The notes under the pieces were generated by a model. It was not told the origin of the DNA. It saw only the letters and a list, made by a program, of their open reading frames with translations, and did no database searches. Of a stretch of DNA of 64,000 bases, positions 47,455 through 60,106 are shown piece by piece. The stretch's first letter is position 1; every line of letters starts with the position of its first letter. The DNA comes from an uncultured Alphaproteobacteria bacterium (GTDB lineage Bacteria; Pseudomonadota; Alphaproteobacteria; CAAHEQ01; UBA3637), in assembly GCA_934202735.1 (NCBI GenBank), contig CAKPYH010000004.1, forward strand, positions 73,407 through 137,406. Direction: 5' to 3'. A program made the position numbers and the translations under genes.

Positions 47455-47835
47455 ATGACATTCAAAATTCTTGTATCCGGGATAACGGCCCTGTGCCTGA
47501 CGGCTTGTGGCAGTGAGTCGGCCTCAATCGCGGGCCATGAATACATGTACACACCGGTACCGGATATGGAAATCACACTGGGGTTTGACGCACATGAGAA
47601 TCGGTATTATGGGCATGCCGTCAATGCTTATTTCGGAACTTATAAAGCCGATGGTAAAACGATGAAATTATCTCCGGCCGGTACCACCTTGATGATGGGC
47701 CCGCGGTCGCACATGGAAGCCGAGCGCATTCACTTAAATGATTTAGAGAATGTCCGCCGGTATCTGGTAGATGAACATACGTTGACTTTGATTCTGGCCG
47801 ATGGACGCGAAATCACCCTGACACGCCGGGATTAA
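47455..47835 (+). CDS. META-domain lipoprotein (HslJ-like)
   Basis: Lipobox LTAC; YFGTYKADGKTMKL..TTLMMGP..E..HL..L..YLVDEHTLTL pattern of META domain. Confidence 0.55.
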   Translation: MTFKILVSGITALCLTACGSESASIAGHEYMYTPVPDMEITLGFDAHENRYYGHAVNAYFGTYKADGKTMKLSPAGTTLMMGPRSHMEAERIHLNDLENVRRYLVDEHTLTLILADGREITLTRRD

Positions 47836-48812
47836 GGACACAAGGGTAAAATCCGGGCAGCGGTAGCCCCATGGCCGTGCAAGATCAACCACAAGCACAC
47901 TTTGTGCTTGAATTTCAGGCCGTCATAGGAAATAATACCCCGGGCGAACAAATCGCGAAAGGCCGGTTCCATGTGGCGAAACAATGCACGGCGCAAGCGT
48001 TTATTCTTCTGTTTGCGGACCGCGGCATTCATCACCATTTTGACCCGTTTGTTCAAAATCGCCCGACGGACGGCGGCCAAATCAGACGGACGATGTTGAC
48101 GGATATCATCATAGACGGCTTGTATCACAGTCAGATAACTGTCTATTTTACGATTGTCAAAAGACGACCTTAGGATAGAAGACGGGCTGAGATAATAGTA
48201 GTACAGTTCATATTTGACCTGGGCCAACATGTGGATAGACGACAGGATATGTGTCGTGAACGGGACATCTTCAAAAAAGATACCGGGGATAAAACGTGTT
48301 TCCCCGATCGCCGATCGCCGATACAGGCGGGTACAAACCCCGGACACAATATCATCGCGATCCAAAAAGGCATGAAACGGATCCAAAATAATTTCCGGCA
48401 AGATATTCGTTTCCAAAACGGGAAAAGGGGCCGGGTAAGTCTGATTCGTCTTTTTTCGGATACACCCGGCCACATCGGCCCCCGTTGTTTCCAACGCCCG
48501 AACCAGCATTTCCAAGGCCTGGGGATGCAGATAATCATCCGAATCGCAAAAGTAAATATACTCGCCCCGCGCCTGTTCCAAGCCCCGATTACGGGTCGCG
48601 GCCAATCCGCAGTTTTTATGGTGCAACAAGATAAACCGATCATCACCCGCCATAAAATCCTGAACACATTGACGGCTGTTATCCGTAGACCCGTCATCCA
48701 AGCATATCACTTCAAAATCACGATATGTTTGATTTTGCAACGCGGTCAGGCATCCAACCACATATTTTTCCACATTATAGATAGGAACAATTACACTGAT
48801 TTTCGGGGACAT
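47832..48812 (-). CDS. Family 2 glycosyltransferase
   Basis: ISVIVPIYNVEKYV..ICLDDGSTD..YFCDSDD motifs. Confidence 0.8.
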   Translation of the reverse strand: MSPKISVIVPIYNVEKYVVGCLTALQNQTYRDFEVICLDDGSTDNSRQCVQDFMAGDDRFILLHHKNCGLAATRNRGLEQARGEYIYFCDSDDYLHPQALEMLVRALETTGADVAGCIRKKTNQTYPAPFPVLETNILPEIILDPFHAFLDRDDIVSGVCTRLYRRSAIGETRFIPGIFFEDVPFTTHILSSIHMLAQVKYELYYYYLSPSSILRSSFDNRKIDSYLTVIQAVYDDIRQHRPSDLAAVRRAILNKRVKMVMNAAVRKQKNKRLRRALFRHMEPAFRDLFARGIISYDGLKFKHKVCLWLILHGHGATAARILPLCP

Positions 48813-48816
48813 TTTT

Positions 48817-49608
48817 TTACTTCCAATATTCATCAATCCATTTTACCGGTTCGGTATGTTTATACAGGCGTTTCAGGCCACGGGGATATTTGGAATCATC
48901 GGGATTAGAACACCAGATTCCCAGGCGGGCATCTTCCATGCCGGGCATGCCGTGAAACGCCACCATTTTCAGTCCCGGCCATTTGGGGATCTTGGGCATC
49001 ATCCACCACCGAAACGGCATGGGTGGCAGGCAATGAAACCGAAAAGAGCAAAACCACTTTTCCGGCCAAAAATTCAAATGTCCGTACTTTTCAATAACTT
49101 TACTGGACAGATATTCCTGAGACGCGGTATAAAATTGATCCACCACTTCTTCGGGATGATCTTCAAAATACTTTTTAATATACCCCAACGTCCCCACAAC
49201 CCAGGAATAACAACTGGCCTGTCCCACGTGCTTCCCTTTGCTGTTCCAATCATTGATAATATAAAACTTGTCGCCCTGCGGATAGCGGAAAAACTCATCC
49301 AAATTGCCCACGATTAAAGAATCCAGATCAAAATAGAATACCCGTTGACCGTTCAGGCCCCCCAGGTTATCATCACACAGGCCCGCTTCTTTCCGATAAG
49401 CATATTTGTTTTGTTCGGGGCGCACGTTCAAATGCGTCATCGGACCCGCTATAATTTCGGGATCCAATCCTTTCGGGTCATCGGTAAAGCAATAAAAATC
49501 AATATCAAAGGACGTATGACGTTTAATCATGTGATACAGTTTATTCACATCGTCCACCGGATACCAATTTCCCCATTTCAGGCAAATGACATTATATTTT
49601 TCGGACAT
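48817..49608 (-). CDS. Putative glycosyltransferase / nucleotide-sugar transferase-like protein (start MSEKYNV)
   Basis: Adjacent to GT2 gene; weak family assignment. Confidence 0.3.
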   Translation of the reverse strand: MSEKYNVICLKWGNWYPVDDVNKLYHMIKRHTSFDIDFYCFTDDPKGLDPEIIAGPMTHLNVRPEQNKYAYRKEAGLCDDNLGGLNGQRVFYFDLDSLIVGNLDEFFRYPQGDKFYIINDWNSKGKHVGQASCYSWVVGTLGYIKKYFEDHPEEVVDQFYTASQEYLSSKVIEKYGHLNFWPEKWFCSFRFHCLPPMPFRWWMMPKIPKWPGLKMVAFHGMPGMEDARLGIWCSNPDDSKYPRGLKRLYKHTEPVKWIDEYWK

Positions 49609-49633
49609 TTTACAAACCCCTTTCGTTTTCATC

Positions 49634-49665
49634 AAAAAAAAGCCTAACACATTGTCAGGCTTTTT
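49634..49665 (-). terminator. Intrinsic terminator downstream of rnj
   Basis: Minus-strand hairpin agcctgaca/tgttaggct then T8. Confidence 0.45.
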
Positions 49666-49677
49666 GCAAGTTGAAAA

Positions 49678-51378
49678 TTAAATTCGGACCAAATGAACGT
49701 CAATCAGCGGTTTTTTCCCGTAAAATTCGTTCAAAAATTTCCGAATGGCAGATCGGACCGATTGGTCAATCTGGGTATTGGACGCTTTATGTTCCGCCGG
49801 TACCTCGTCCACCGCCCGACAAATCAAATCGGACAATTTCGCCGCATCATCGGTTTCCGAATCCAACAAACCGAATGTAGATAGTTGCGGGGTGCCCAAA
49901 ACATGTCCTTTCTGATCCACCACCAACGTTACAACCAAAGACCCGTCATCCATCATTTTGCGCCGTTTGCGAATCACTTCCGCATCCAGGTGTACAATAT
50001 GCTTGCCGTCTACGGCCAAAATACCCGTTGGCACTTCACCCAAGATTTCCGGTTCATCAGACAAAGCAATCACTTCACCGTCTTCCAAGGCAAACGTAAA
50101 CGGAGTTCCGCATTTTTGTGCCAAATCCGCATGTCCCTTTAACTCCAAGGCTTCTCCATGCACCGGCAACGCGATTTTCGGCTTTAACAAGCGATAAATA
50201 GCCTGCAAATCCGGACCGGCATAATGGCCGGAGACATGGACTAAATCGTCCCGATCGGTGATGATTTTAACCCCTTTGGCCTTTAATTTGCGTTGCAACA
50301 AGGCAATGGACTTTTCATTACCGGGAATAATGCGGGACGAAAAAATCACCACGTCATCGGGCCCTAAAAAGACCGAATTTTTTTGCGGTGTCAATGCCGA
50401 CAAGGTAGACAACGCCGATCGCGGTTCACCCTGACTGCCCGTACAAATGAACAGCACAGAACCCACCGGACGTTCCAAGGCTTCCTTTTCCGATAAAAAT
50501 TCAGGCAGATCGGCAAAATATCCGGTCGCCCGCGCCGCCGCATCAATCCGCCACAAACTGCGCCCCATCAGGCACACTTCACGTCCGTTGGCTACGGCCG
50601 CCTGATAAATACTCTTGACCCGCGATACATTGGACGCAAAGCAGGTAATGGCTATTTGTCGTTCCGGATATTCCCCGATTAAACGACACAACGTCTCTTG
50701 AACATCGGCTTCCGTTTTATCGGTATGCTCGCCAAATACATTCGTAGAATCGCAGACCAGAGCCAAAACGCCCTCTCGCCCCAGGTCGCGCAAAGCATCG
50801 GTATCCATGCCCTGACCTAACACAGGATCGGTATTTAACTTCCAATCGCCGGTATGAACCACCAAGCCTTCCCGCGTACGAATGGCCAACGCATTGGCTT
50901 CCGGAATAGAGTGGTTCATGGAAACAAACTCTACTTCAAACGGATCCAAATCAATGGCCGATCCGCGTTCCACCACATGCACATCCGCCCGTCCCAACAA
51001 ACCGGCTTGTTCCAATTTATCTTCTATCAAGGCGGCAGCAAACGGTGTCGCATAAATCGGGCACAGTAAATCACGCCACAAATACCCGATGGCCCCGATA
51101 TGGTCTTCATGGGCGTGCGTAACCACCAAACCCACAATATCTTTCTTTTTATCCTCCATAAATTTGGGATCAGGCAACAAGACATCTACCCCCGGCAACC
51201 CGTCGCCGGGAAAGCCGACACCGCAATCCACCAGCAACCATTTACCCCGATATCCGTAAGCAAAGCAATTCATACCGATACCCGTTGATCCGCCTAACGG
51301 AATAAAAACCAAACTTTCCGGCGGAATTATGACTTCATTTTGTTTTTCACTCATTTTTTTCCTTATATAAAAACACAT
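49678..51378 (-). CDS. rnj: Ribonuclease J (beta-CASP metallo-beta-lactamase)
   Basis: LVVTHAHEDHIGAIGYLW HxHxDH motif, 560 aa beta-CASP layout. Confidence 0.85.
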   Translation of the reverse strand: MCFYIRKKMSEKQNEVIIPPESLVFIPLGGSTGIGMNCFAYGYRGKWLLVDCGVGFPGDGLPGVDVLLPDPKFMEDKKKDIVGLVVTHAHEDHIGAIGYLWRDLLCPIYATPFAAALIEDKLEQAGLLGRADVHVVERGSAIDLDPFEVEFVSMNHSIPEANALAIRTREGLVVHTGDWKLNTDPVLGQGMDTDALRDLGREGVLALVCDSTNVFGEHTDKTEADVQETLCRLIGEYPERQIAITCFASNVSRVKSIYQAAVANGREVCLMGRSLWRIDAAARATGYFADLPEFLSEKEALERPVGSVLFICTGSQGEPRSALSTLSALTPQKNSVFLGPDDVVIFSSRIIPGNEKSIALLQRKLKAKGVKIITDRDDLVHVSGHYAGPDLQAIYRLLKPKIALPVHGEALELKGHADLAQKCGTPFTFALEDGEVIALSDEPEILGEVPTGILAVDGKHIVHLDAEVIRKRRKMMDDGSLVVTLVVDQKGHVLGTPQLSTFGLLDSETDDAAKLSDLICRAVDEVPAEHKASNTQIDQSVRSAIRKFLNEFYGKKPLIDVHLVRI

Positions 51379-52069
51379 CTCCGGCAGTTATTTTTTGAAT
51401 GATTTTGTCCGGAGTTTCCAAAACCAATTCCCCTTGCGGGCTTAAATCCTTAAATATCCCTGACACCTTGCCGCGCGGCGTATGAACCGTCATTGTTTGC
51501 CCCCATCCTGCCGCCCGTGAAACCCAATCCCGGCGTAAAGGCTCAAAACCGTGGTTCGCAAACAGGTCCAAATTCACCGACAGGCGTTCCAAAATCCGAT
51601 CGGCAACCTGATCCCGTGTCCAGCGTCCCCCCAGATCGGCCGTCTGATACATCATTTCCCGAGTCGGGTGCGACATCACATTGACCCCTATACCGATAAT
51701 GACCCGTCCGTCTCCGGTGCCTTCCAACAAAATCCCGGCCACTTTGCCCCCGTTCAGCAAGACATCGTTCGGCCATTTCAGACGCACGCCGAAAGTCGCC
51801 AACGCCTGGGCAACCGCCACACCGGTTATCAGGGCCAACAACGGGGTTTGCGGACCGTAATCCGATAAAACGGCAGATAAATACAAGTTGCCCGGCGGAC
51901 TGATCCATCTGCGTCCCATCCGCCCGCGACCGCCCGATTGCCTGTCCGCGATAATGACGGATCCTACGGGAAAATCAAGTGCGGTTTGATTAGTGCTGAC
52001 AACTTCAACAAAAGAGTGTCTTTGCCATTTCATGGGACTTACCATAACACATTTTTTTATAAAAAGCAA
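51347..52069 (-). CDS. birA: Biotin--[acetyl-CoA-carboxylase] ligase (no N-terminal HTH)
   Basis: QSGGRGRMGRRWISPPGNLYLS motif. Confidence 0.85.
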   Translation of the reverse strand: MLFIKKCVMVSPMKWQRHSFVEVVSTNQTALDFPVGSVIIADRQSGGRGRMGRRWISPPGNLYLSAVLSDYGPQTPLLALITGVAVAQALATFGVRLKWPNDVLLNGGKVAGILLEGTGDGRVIIGIGVNVMSHPTREMMYQTADLGGRWTRDQVADRILERLSVNLDLFANHGFEPLRRDWVSRAAGWGQTMTVHTPRGKVSGIFKDLSPQGELVLETPDKIIQKITAGDVFLYKEKNE

Positions 52070-52140
52070 GAAAATCCTTGATTTTCGTTTCCTGTTTGGG
52101 ATATATTAGAGACAGTTTTTATTCAACAAGGGAGAAAAAC

Positions 52141-53601
52141 ATGAACAAATCAATCTTATTCGGATGTGTAGCCTTAACAACTCTGGCGGTGTGTGTGGCC
52201 CATGCCCAAGAAACTGCCCCTGTCGCACCGGCCCCGGCCGATCCGGCGGCAACCGCTGCGGTACCGAAAATAGAAGACATTAAAGCCACCGTCCTGTCCA
52301 CCCTGCCCGGTAACGGTAAAGCCTGGCAAGATCAAATAACCGTTACGGCGGACGGTGATGATTTTCAGGTTATCTTGCCCGAAGTCAACATTGACAAATA
52401 TGACGAGCCTGCAATCCACTTGCCCGCCGGACAAATCCGATTGACCCGTTCGGGATCCTTTGGTCAGCAAGCCCAATACAAAGCGACTTTACCGACTGCT
52501 TCCTATTTGGACTCTTTGTTCAAATCCCTGCTCTCTTCCGATGTGCAGATGACCATGAATGTATCCAAAGATGAAGTCAATCTGGTACCGGCACACCGGT
52601 TGGTTTCGGGACAAAGCCGTCATATTAAAGACATCCGCGCGGCTTCGGAAGGCATCGTTGCCACGGTTGATACGGTTGTATCAGACGCTTTGGTACGCAT
52701 GGGAACCAATCAACAGGCAGAATCGGCCAGTGAAACAGACATCAGCGGTGTGGCGATTGAAACACCGTCCATGATTATACGCATTCCACAGATCAATACC
52801 CGGTCGCACATACAGGATATGACTCCGGCGGCCGATGGTCAATACAATATCTGGACGGCCAAAACGTTGCAAGGCACGTTGGAAATACCGAAAATTTTGT
52901 TTTTTGCCGCCGGCAGTCAACCGGACGCTTTGCCTTTACTGACGATGGCACAACACGGCACAACCACCCTGCAAGGCGAAACCTTGCACTTGGAAGGGGC
53001 CGTGGATAAAGTGCAAACGGCTCTGCCCTTACCGGCAGGATTGGAATTATCCTGGAATGCCGATGTATCGGGCCTGAATCGTGATCTTTTATCCCGTATG
53101 ACGGAAGCACAGGGCGGCCTTAAACCGGCCGATCGGGATGCTTTCCTGACCGCTGCCACATTAAAAGTCAACGCATTGACCGTCAAAAGTGATGAAGCCG
53201 GCATGGCTTTATCCGGAACGGCACGCCTGAAACCCATTGTCGGTCAAAAAGCGGCCGATGCAAATACGCCCAATTTAATCCCCGATGTAGAGGCCACGTT
53301 GGTCATTACAAATCTGGATAAAATCTCTCCGCCCCCGGTCGTCAATCAAGCGGCCTGTGATGAGGCCAAAGCCCGAATCAATGCGATCAATCCCAATGGT
53401 GAACATGCCGATGCGCAACGGGAACTCTATACGGCAATGGCGGAAGATGCATGTACACCGCGTGGCGGCGCTTTGGATAATTTACGTCCTTTGTTGGATC
53501 CCAAAAATCATCAGGTTGCACCGGACGGAACAACCACGGATACCATATATATCCGCCTGACCGAAAACGGTTTGAGCATCAACGGAAAGGATGGCAATTA
53601 A
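52141..53601 (+). CDS. Secreted protein of unknown function (signal peptide)
   Basis: MNKSILFGCVALTTLAVCVAHAQ signal; Ala/Thr-rich. Confidence 0.4.
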   Translation: MNKSILFGCVALTTLAVCVAHAQETAPVAPAPADPAATAAVPKIEDIKATVLSTLPGNGKAWQDQITVTADGDDFQVILPEVNIDKYDEPAIHLPAGQIRLTRSGSFGQQAQYKATLPTASYLDSLFKSLLSSDVQMTMNVSKDEVNLVPAHRLVSGQSRHIKDIRAASEGIVATVDTVVSDALVRMGTNQQAESASETDISGVAIETPSMIIRIPQINTRSHIQDMTPAADGQYNIWTAKTLQGTLEIPKILFFAAGSQPDALPLLTMAQHGTTTLQGETLHLEGAVDKVQTALPLPAGLELSWNADVSGLNRDLLSRMTEAQGGLKPADRDAFLTAATLKVNALTVKSDEAGMALSGTARLKPIVGQKAADANTPNLIPDVEATLVITNLDKISPPPVVNQAACDEAKARINAINPNGEHADAQRELYTAMAEDACTPRGGALDNLRPLLDPKNHQVAPDGTTTDTIYIRLTENGLSINGKDGN

Positions 53602-55449
<1,848 letters not shown>

Positions 55450-55572
55450 ACTTAAACAGATAACAACTTGATTGTAAATATATTTTACACAGAACGATTA
55501 TCTATACACAAAATTAGATGTTGCATTTACCCCCTTTTTCAGGTACAATAACCCCCAGTAAAGGAGTCATTT

Positions 55573-57036
55573 ATGGATAACACATTGGAATCAAATCGCT
55601 TGCCCCCGCAAAATATTGAAGCTGAACAAGCCTTACTGGGGGCGATTCTGTCCAATAACCGTGCGTTGGAAAAAGTGTCCGATTTTTTATACCCTAAACA
55701 TTTTTCTGACCCTATTCACGGCAAAATTTACGAAGCCTGTCGCACATATATTGAGCAAGGCCGTACGGCCGATCCCGTTACCCTGAAAGCCGTCTTTGCC
55801 CATGATGAAGCCTTAAAAAATGTCGGTGGAGCCGATTACCTGATGAAACTGGCCGCGGCATCTACCACCATTATCAATGCCGCCGATTACGGGCGGTTGA
55901 TTTTGGACCGCTACATTCGGCGTGAGTTGATTGACTTGGGTACGGATATTGTCAATGATGCGTTTACAATCAAGCTGAATGAAGAAGCCTTAAATCAAGT
56001 GGAAGGGGCCGAAAAACGTCTGTATGAAATTGCCGATCAAGGGGAAAGCAGCGGCGGACCGACTCAAATCAATATCGCGTTGCGTGAAACACTCAGTACC
56101 GTTGAAAACGCCATGAAAAATCCGACCGGTTTGTCGGGTCTGACCACAGGCTTGACGGACTTGGATAAACTGTTGGGCGGGTTGCATAATTCGGACTTAA
56201 TTATTTTGGCGGGACGGCCCGGTATGGGTAAATCCGCACTGGCGACTACGTTGGCTTTTAATGCCGCCAAAGCGATGGAAGAAAGCAACCAAAAACCGAA
56301 TGCTGAAAAAAAATCCGTTGCTTTGTTTTCACTGGAAATGTCGGCCGAACAGTTGGCTACCCGTATTTTATCATCCAAAGCACAAATTTCGGGAGATGAT
56401 ATGCGTAAAGGAAAACTGACGGGCGATCAGTTTGATGAACTGGTGGCGGGTATGTCGCTGATCAACAAAATTCCTTTATATATTGATGAAACACCCGGTA
56501 TTACGGTGCAGGCTATTTATAATCGGGCACGCCGTCTGAAACGCGATAAAAGCCGTGGTTTAGGATTGATTGTGATTGACTACCTGCAACTGATCAGCGC
56601 CGGGGGGCGTAGTGAAAATCGGGTTCAGGAATTATCCGAAATGACACGAACCTTGAAAATTATGGCCAAAGATCTGAACGTACCGGTTATCTGCCTGTCC
56701 CAATTATCCCGGACGGTAGAACAACGGGATGTGAAAAAGCCGATGTTGTCGGACTTGCGTGAATCCGGTTCTATTGAACAAGATGCCGATATTGTGATGT
56801 TTGTATATCGCGAAATTTATTACCTGAAAAACGAACAACCCAAGCAAGGGGCCAATGAAACCCCCGAACATTTTGCACTCCGCACAGCCAAGTGGGAACA
56901 GGAAAAACTGGAAAAAGAAAACCTGAGTGAAGTCATTGTGGCCAAAAATCGGCACGGTCCGTCCGACACGGTTAAACTCTACTTTGCGGGTAAGTACAGT
57001 CAATTTTCCGACCTGGCCCCGACACCACAAGCCTAA
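55573..57036 (+). CDS. dnaB: Replicative DNA helicase DnaB
   Basis: NIEAEQALLGAIL.. N-domain; Walker A GRPGMGKSA; 487 aa, no intein. Confidence 0.95.
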   Translation: MDNTLESNRLPPQNIEAEQALLGAILSNNRALEKVSDFLYPKHFSDPIHGKIYEACRTYIEQGRTADPVTLKAVFAHDEALKNVGGADYLMKLAAASTTIINAADYGRLILDRYIRRELIDLGTDIVNDAFTIKLNEEALNQVEGAEKRLYEIADQGESSGGPTQINIALRETLSTVENAMKNPTGLSGLTTGLTDLDKLLGGLHNSDLIILAGRPGMGKSALATTLAFNAAKAMEESNQKPNAEKKSVALFSLEMSAEQLATRILSSKAQISGDDMRKGKLTGDQFDELVAGMSLINKIPLYIDETPGITVQAIYNRARRLKRDKSRGLGLIVIDYLQLISAGGRSENRVQELSEMTRTLKIMAKDLNVPVICLSQLSRTVEQRDVKKPMLSDLRESGSIEQDADIVMFVYREIYYLKNEQPKQGANETPEHFALRTAKWEQEKLEKENLSEVIVAKNRHGPSDTVKLYFAGKYSQFSDLAPTPQA

Positions 57037-57899
57037 GGCCGATACACCTGCCACACAGCGATCAGGTGATTTAATACCGCCGGATTTTGAACCGGCCATA
57101 CGGCGGATTGTCCGTGCAGATTTTCTTCCAAATGCGCTATATCCGGGTCCATCGGGATCAATGTCGGCATAAATCGCCGTTCAAATGCCAGTAATGCCTT
57201 GTCGGGATCGGTGATGTCATACCCGATATCGGCCAACATTTCAGGTACCGTCGGATACACACTCGGCAACTGTTCCACGGGTTCAGGGTACAACCCGATA
57301 CCGTCCTGTGCCAACGCTTTCCACGGAAATGCCGCCCCGACATCTACCTTACGTTCGGGGGCGATATCGCTATGCGCAACGATATTTTGGGGCAAAATAT
57401 CATAACGGATGATCAGATCACTTAATACATGTTTCAAAGTCTCAATTTGAGCCGGCGTAAAAGGGGTTTGCCCCAAAGTTGCATTCTGCAATTCCACGCC
57501 GATTGCCGTTTCATTTAACCGGCTTTGCCCCCGCCAAAAACTGCTCCCCGCATGCCATGCCACTTTGTCTTCGGGGACCAACCGAAACAACCGACCATCG
57601 GTATCTATCAGGTAATGTGTACTGACATTTAACGCCGCTAACCGATGAATCATATCGGGCACGGGTATTGCAAAACTGTGCAACACGATAAACTGAACGG
57701 CGCGCGTACGTTCGCTTTGGGCTGCGGTGGTCAAAATGATAGGAGACAACCGATCAGGCTCTGTGGTTCCAATGGTCGGTTGTTTCGGCTTATCCGGCCA
57801 AATCATCCGCCCGGTCTGTCCCAACATCAGGCAGAGTTGAATCCCCAACGTGATAAAAATAAAAGCCTGAAATACTTTTCGTAAAAACCGAGATCGCAT
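57033..57899 (-). CDS. N-acetylmuramoyl-L-alanine amidase, AmpD/amidase_2 family
   Basis: HYLIDTDGRLFRLVPEDKVAWHAGSSFWRG. Confidence 0.8.
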   Translation of the reverse strand: MRSRFLRKVFQAFIFITLGIQLCLMLGQTGRMIWPDKPKQPTIGTTEPDRLSPIILTTAAQSERTRAVQFIVLHSFAIPVPDMIHRLAALNVSTHYLIDTDGRLFRLVPEDKVAWHAGSSFWRGQSRLNETAIGVELQNATLGQTPFTPAQIETLKHVLSDLIIRYDILPQNIVAHSDIAPERKVDVGAAFPWKALAQDGIGLYPEPVEQLPSVYPTVPEMLADIGYDITDPDKALLAFERRFMPTLIPMDPDIAHLEENLHGQSAVWPVQNPAVLNHLIAVWQVYRP

Positions 57900-58060
57900 A
57901 AGGATACTATAAAATAATTTCTCGCAAAAGGCAAGTGATTTTTTTATTTTTTCATCTTATATTTCAACAAGATAATCCTTGTAATTTGACAAAGATATAA
58001 AATTATGCTATAATAAAACTGTAATCGGATAAACGATCATCTTTAACCAAGGAGGAAACC

Positions 58061-58459
58061 ATGAACAAAAAATTACTTGTTACAAGCATGTTAGCTTTGG
58101 CTACGGCTACTGCGGCATTTGCAAGGCCCCACCACCACGGCCCACGCGGTCGGGACATCGCGGCCAGCGTTGCCGGGGCCGTCATTGGTAATGCTATCGG
58201 AAATATCATTAATCCGAACCCGGGATATGTGGTCACACCCGCTCCGGTAGTTGTTCCTCCGGCCCCCGTTGTTGTCACACCGGCTCCGGTGGTTGTCCCT
58301 CCGGCCCCCGTCGTTGTCACGCCGCCACCTGCAATCATGCATCCGCCGGCTCCTGTTGTCGTTCCACCGGGGATGACTATCCGGAGTGCGAGATGGGTTA
58401 AACGACCTTCTCGGACATGGACACCGACACAAAGAGCACGTACAATGAGAGTACGTTAA
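58061..58459 (+). CDS. Secreted proline/valine-rich repeat protein
   Basis: Signal peptide then PAPVVV(T/P)P repeats. Confidence 0.5.
   Translation: MNKKLLVTSMLALATATAAFARPHHHGPRGRDIAASVAGAVIGNAIGNIINPNPGYVVTPAPVVVPPAPVVVTPAPVVVPPAPVVVTPPPAIMHPPAPVVVPPGMTIRSARWVKRPSRTWTPTQRARTMRVR
58238..58345 (+). repeat. Tandem ~54-nt coding repeat (two copies) encoding TPAPVVVPPAPVVV
   Basis: Near-identical DNA units in 58238-58345. Confidence 0.45.
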
Positions 58460-58552
58460 AAATCAAAAAACATCACGCCCCTTGTGCCATACAAGGGGCG
58501 TGTTTTTCTCATTCAGCACCGGACCGGTTCGGGGCAGACTTTCCGGAAGTGC

Positions 58553-59251
58553 TTATTTAGACACAATGACCATGGCTTCCCGCAACACGCGATCACCACC
58601 AATGGTATAGCCGGGTTGCAATTCTTGAACGATTGTTCCGGCCGGTTTTGTAGCGTCTTCCACTTCCTGTATGACTTTGTGTTGATTAGGATCAAAGACT
58701 GTGCCTAAACCCGGCATCTTAGCAATATTTTGCTTTTTCAAGGCTGTCATCAAATTCCCCTGCGTCATTTCCACACCTTTCATCAGGTTTTCCAACACAG
58801 GATTGATTGGTTGGCCCGCGGCTTGTTCCTTATCCAGTTCTTGACGTGCACAGGCCATTGCCTGTTCTAAACAATCCGCCACAGGCAATAAATCCTTGGC
58901 AAAAGAGCCGGTCGCATATCGGGCATTTTTTTCCAAATCAATTTGCGTGCGTTTACGCAAATTTTCCATCTCGGCCGTTGCCCGCAAAGCCAAGTCTTTC
59001 CAGTGAGCGGCCTCCGCCAACGCCTGTTCCAAGGCCTGATTCGGCGGCAACACCGTATCAGTTTCTTTTCCCGGTGCCGGTGTATCATGGGGTTGCTTTG
59101 GACGATCCTGTGGCTGCGGTCCATTAGGCTTCAGGTGCTGATGTCCCGGTTGATTAGGTTCTCCGTGATTAAAATGATGGGGCCCGTTGGGATTGTTTTT
59201 TTGTTTGAATTGTTCCGTAAAATTTTTTGAATTCATCATGTATCCTTTCAC
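58553..59251 (-). CDS. grpE: Nucleotide exchange factor GrpE (low-complexity N-terminus)
   Basis: MENLRKRTQ..FAKDLLPVAD..FDPNQHKV motifs. Confidence 0.9.
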   Translation of the reverse strand: MKGYMMNSKNFTEQFKQKNNPNGPHHFNHGEPNQPGHQHLKPNGPQPQDRPKQPHDTPAPGKETDTVLPPNQALEQALAEAAHWKDLALRATAEMENLRKRTQIDLEKNARYATGSFAKDLLPVADCLEQAMACARQELDKEQAAGQPINPVLENLMKGVEMTQGNLMTALKKQNIAKMPGLGTVFDPNQHKVIQEVEDATKPAGTIVQELQPGYTIGGDRVLREAMVIVSK

Positions 59252-59307
59252 ATATCTATATATTTATATGCTTTCCGCACAAAAATCAAGGGGAAACATC
59301 TTTCATC

Positions 59308-59336
59308 TTGCTTTTTCATCAGAAAAAAGGTATACT
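59308..59336 (+). promoter_or_regulatory. Sigma70-like promoter upstream of rph (TTGCTT-17-TATACT)
   Basis: -35 at 59308-59313, -10 at 59331-59336. Confidence 0.35.
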
Positions 59337-59371
59337 GTTGACCATTCAACAACCGAACAAAGGAGAAAAGT

Positions 59372-60106
59372 ATGTCCAGACACAGTGGTCGCGCCGATGA
59401 TGAATTGCGATCCGTTCAACTTATTTTAGGGGCAAACAAGTATGCCGAAGGGTCTTGCTTGATTCAATGGGGCGATACCCATGTCATGTGTACGGCCAGT
59501 ATAGAAGATCGGGTCCCGTTATGGGTTAAAGGAACCGGCAAAGGGTGGGTAACGGCCGAATATGGTATGTTGCCTCGGTCTACCGGTACGCGTATGGAAC
59601 GCGAAGCCAAAAAAGGACAACAAGGGCGCACACAGGAAATTCAACGTTTGATTGCGCGGGCTTTGCGGGGATGCGTAGACTTGACGGCATTAGACGGCAT
59701 GACGGTCAAAATTGATTGCGATGTCATTCAAGCCGATGGTGGCACCCGAACCGCGTCTATAACAGGCGGATTTGTGGCTTTATATTTGGCCTTATCCAAA
59801 GTAATGACAACTAAAAAATGGGATGTCTTACCCATTACGGATTTTGTAGCGGCGGTCTCATGCGGGATTGTGGACGGCCGTCCGGTCTTGGATTTGGATT
59901 ATGAGGAAGATTCAAATGCAGGAACGGATTCTAACTTTGTGATGAACGGCCGCGGCGGCATTCTTGAAATTCAAGGAACCGCCGAACACGGGGCCTTTAC
60001 ACCGGAGGAGTTTACCCGCCTGTTTGAATTGGCCCGGCAAGGGATTGCCACCTTGATTCAAAAACAAAAGCATGCGATTTTTGAGGCGCTAGATGTCCAT
60101 CACTAA
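59372..60106 (+). CDS. rph: Ribonuclease PH
   Basis: [39 protein letters not shown].. Confidence 0.95.
   Translation: MSRHSGRADDELRSVQLILGANKYAEGSCLIQWGDTHVMCTASIEDRVPLWVKGTGKGWVTAEYGMLPRSTGTRMEREAKKGQQGRTQEIQRLIARALRGCVDLTALDGMTVKIDCDVIQADGGTRTASITGGFVALYLALSKVMTTKKWDVLPITDFVAAVSCGIVDGRPVLDLDYEEDSNAGTDSNFVMNGRGGILEIQGTAEHGAFTPEEFTRLFELARQGIATLIQKQKHAIFEALDVHH

Noticed and set aside
48170-48908. Long ORFs on both strands overlapping the GT2 gene (48170-48697 -, 48231-48908 +, 47871-48173 +)
   Set aside because: High-GC region generates spurious antisense ORFs. Only the GT2 frame has recognisable motifs (DDGSTD, DSDD).
51493-53237. Multiple overlapping ORFs antisense to birA and to the secreted protein gene (51543-51908, 51551-51868, 52174-52476, 52793-53237 etc.)
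   Set aside because: Arg/Gly-rich translations typical of GC-rich antisense frames. They have no motifs and conflict with confidently assigned genes.
59252-59371. Sigma32 heat-shock promoter upstream of grpE
   Set aside because: The candidate CTTGAtt ... ATATAAAT only loosely matches CTTGAAA-N14-CCCCATNT. It was not called.
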